Of a stretch of 64,000 nt of DNA, positions 61,864 through 64,000 are shown in pieces. The number at the start of each line of letters is the position of its first letter. Position 1 is the first letter of the stretch. The notes under the pieces were generated by a model. That model was not told where the DNA came from. It saw only the letters and a program-made list of their open reading frames with translations, and searched no databases. The translations under genes and the position numbers were made by a program. Source of the DNA: Entomortierella parvispora E1425 (lineage: Eukaryota; Fungi; Mortierellomycota); NCBI GenBank assembly GCA_020891255.1, contig BQFW01000008.1, positions 2,542,001 through 2,606,000 of the forward strand, in the 5' to 3' direction.

Positions 61864-62796
61864 ATGCAGTCAGCTCAAGACAAGGTGGGATGGATCGGCC
61901 TCGGTGCCCTGGGTTTCGAAATGACACAGAACCTTCAAAAGTACTTGAAGTCCCAATCGATGCCCAATCTCACAGTCTGGAACAGGACCGTCGAGAAATC
62001 CCAGAAGCTGGCCAAAATCAACCCAGAGATCCAGATTGCAAGTTCAATCGAAGACCTCTACTCCCGATCCAACATCATCTTTACGTCCCTGGCTAACGAC
62101 CCGGCTGTGGAGGAGGTCTACGAGATCCTTATTCGATGTGCCGAGACCGCATCGAACCAGCTAATCTTTGTCGAGACTGGTACCATCTACCCAGAGCTAG
62201 CCATAAGTCTCAAGAAGCGACTCTCCAGCTTGCCAAAACAACACATCTATCTCCAGTGCCCTGTCTTTGGACGGCCCGAGGCCGCGGCGGCTGCACAACT
62301 TCTCTGGGTGGCGAGCGGTGATGCCGCGACGATTGAGAGGCTCCATCCCATGTTCAGGTCAATGTCCAATCGAATCCTCGATCTCAAGACCGAGGACGTG
62401 GCAGCAGGTTGTACGATGAAGCTCATCGGAAACTTCTTAATGATCGCTCAAACAGAGCTCATTGCAGAGAGTGTTAATCTGGCCAGAAAGTCGAATCTGG
62501 ACACTCAGCACCTGCTTTCCTTTGTGGAGACGATCATGCCGGCCCCTATCATGGTCAACCTTCTCCAACGTACCATTGCTGGAGAAGATGCTGAGGAAGG
62601 CGTCAAGACAACACTGACAATCGCGTCCAAGGATCTGCGTTGCATCGACAAGTGGGCTCAGACGCAAGGCGCGCCGCTGCCAACCGCCCGTACGATCTTG
62701 GACCATTTCGAGGTTGCGAAAGAGAAGGGATACACCAAGAATTGGAACTTTATGATCGACAGTATCAATCACGCCGCAGGATCAAAGGAGCATTAG
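61864..62796 (+). CDS. NAD(P)-dependent beta-hydroxyacid dehydrogenase family (3-hydroxyisobutyrate/6-phosphogluconate dehydrogenase-like)
   Basis: VGWIGLGALG Rossmann motif, VWNRT, FVETGTIYP, YLQCPVFGRP, catalytic MKLIGN and KDLRCI. Confidence 0.92.
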   Translation: MQSAQDKVGWIGLGALGFEMTQNLQKYLKSQSMPNLTVWNRTVEKSQKLAKINPEIQIASSIEDLYSRSNIIFTSLANDPAVEEVYEILIRCAETASNQLIFVETGTIYPELAISLKKRLSSLPKQHIYLQCPVFGRPEAAAAAQLLWVASGDAATIERLHPMFRSMSNRILDLKTEDVAAGCTMKLIGNFLMIAQTELIAESVNLARKSNLDTQHLLSFVETIMPAPIMVNLLQRTIAGEDAEEGVKTTLTIASKDLRCIDKWAQTQGAPLPTARTILDHFEVAKEKGYTKNWNFMIDSINHAAGSKEH

Positions 62797-63699
62797 GAGC
62801 ATAGGAGCCTCGAATGTAAAAGTAAAAAAAAAAAAAAAAATGGAGCTGCGGGTCTCAGTAAAATGAGTAATCATCGATGCCATGTGTGGAAGGAAGGACC
62901 ATTGGACGCGCCGAATATATTTTACGCGCAAAGAGTTAAACAGTTGAAATACACCTCTGATGGCCCATTTTGGCAATTGGGTCATGGGATGCGTAATACG
63001 ACCGACTTTGGGGGTTACTTGATGAACCCAAGTTTCCGCGGTAGATCAGAATGTCCAAAGGACGTCCGAGGAATGACCACGAGCACGGAGGATAGGCGAT
63101 CTCGAGAGCATTTGTCGGTGCTGAGAGTCCCAAGTGAAGCTCAGGTAAATATTAACGGAGCAGTGGCGGTGTCAGGCGACCGAGCGATCTTTGCAAGATC
63201 GTTAACTATTTGCCCATGGGCGCTCGGTGCCAGCGCAGCTCGAGTATTAAAAGACCGCCACGCCGTGTTTTGTTAAGCTTCCTGCGAGAGAGGGGTACAG
63301 CAGGAGAGCACTTGAATCCGAGAGAAGAGGTTAAGAAGAGGGAGAGGGGCATGACAGAGATGACAGACAGACAGGGGCGTGGTCTGTGAAACGAGACCTA
63401 AACAAGAAACAAGAGGGGACTGCTTGGTGGGAAATGTGCTTGCGGCTCTTCTGCTGCGGCTGCGGGGAGACGGCGTCGTCTTTGTGGGATTGCTCCAAAG
63501 GGGGATATAAAAGGGGAAGGAGCCTTGGATTGGATGTCCTTGTTTGTTCTTTACCTTCATCGATACCCACCATTGCTGCTGCTACTACTGCGGCTACTAC
63601 TGCTACCACTACTACAACTGCTACTGCTACAACAACCACTTCCATATCGCACCACTTGCCCCTCCCTGCAAACACCTCCGTTCTCGCTCCTCCTACCAA

Positions 63700-64000
63700 A
63701 TGAACAACGGCCCATCCATATGGAACCTACCGCCTTCTACTGAACAGCCTCCCCCTTCTTCTGATCCTACCCTTGTTTGGATCCACGTCCTCTTTAACCA
63801 TGGTGGCTTCCTCTCTCTGATCGGCACGCCCGCCATTCTGGCCTTCCTGGCCTTTGTTTTTCGTATTCGATGGCTCCATCGCCACCGCCAGCCTCACGGC
63901 TTTGGCCGCACTGCGTTGATCTACTGGCCCAGCCAGATCTTGATCACCTTGTCTTTGCTGCCTCTCCTTTCTCTGCTTCTGTTGTTTAACGGCCATAGCT
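63700..64000 (+). CDS. 5' end of a probable ABCC/MRP-type ABC transporter (TMD0 region), runs off the window
   Basis: Open frame MNNGPSIWNL... with hydrophobic segments and HGFGRTALIYWPSQILI. No nucleotide-binding domain lies inside the window. Confidence 0.5.
   Translation, partial: MNNGPSIWNLPPSTEQPPPSSDPTLVWIHVLFNHGGFLSLIGTPAILAFLAFVFRIRWLHRHRQPHGFGRTALIYWPSQILITLSLLPLLSLLLLFNGHS

Overview
A 64-kb window of an intron-containing fungal genome, most consistent with Mortierellaceae (Mucoromycota); this assignment is inferred from gene content and style. Host genes, in order: a 4-exon GH8 glycoside hydrolase, an AAAP amino-acid transporter, a degenerate mitochondrial carrier, a complex I NDUFB6/NUO17.8-like subunit, a gamma-type indoleamine 2,3-dioxygenase, a Rab11/Ypt31 GTPase, a small secreted Cys protein, a CSL transcription factor, AVL9, an RCC1-repeat protein, a GPI-anchored protein, a BAR-PH-ArfGAP protein, a monoglyceride lipase, SRC1/HEH, a beta-hydroxyacid dehydrogenase and the 5' end of an ABCC transporter. 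The main result is a 4.7-kb element (8799-13515) bounded by imperfect 31-bp terminal inverted repeats. It has no transposase. Its five apparently separate minus-strand ORFs join through four canonical phase-consistent introns into one ~1348-aa protein: an N-terminal EXO1/XPG/FEN1-type 5'-nuclease with all catalytic residues, fused to a C-terminal Fanzor1 (TnpB-derived, RNA-guided RuvC) nuclease. A 118-nt structured 3' end is the likely omegaRNA. This copy has one 1-bp frameshift, which is either real or an assembly error. Also present: an intact DD86E (Sailor-like) IS630-Tc1-mariner transposon with TA duplication, a possible degraded second Fanzor fragment, and an accessory patch (LRR-WW pseudogene, 742-bp tandem duplication, 3x94-bp repeat). 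All calls come from manual reading and motif recognition; no database searches were run.
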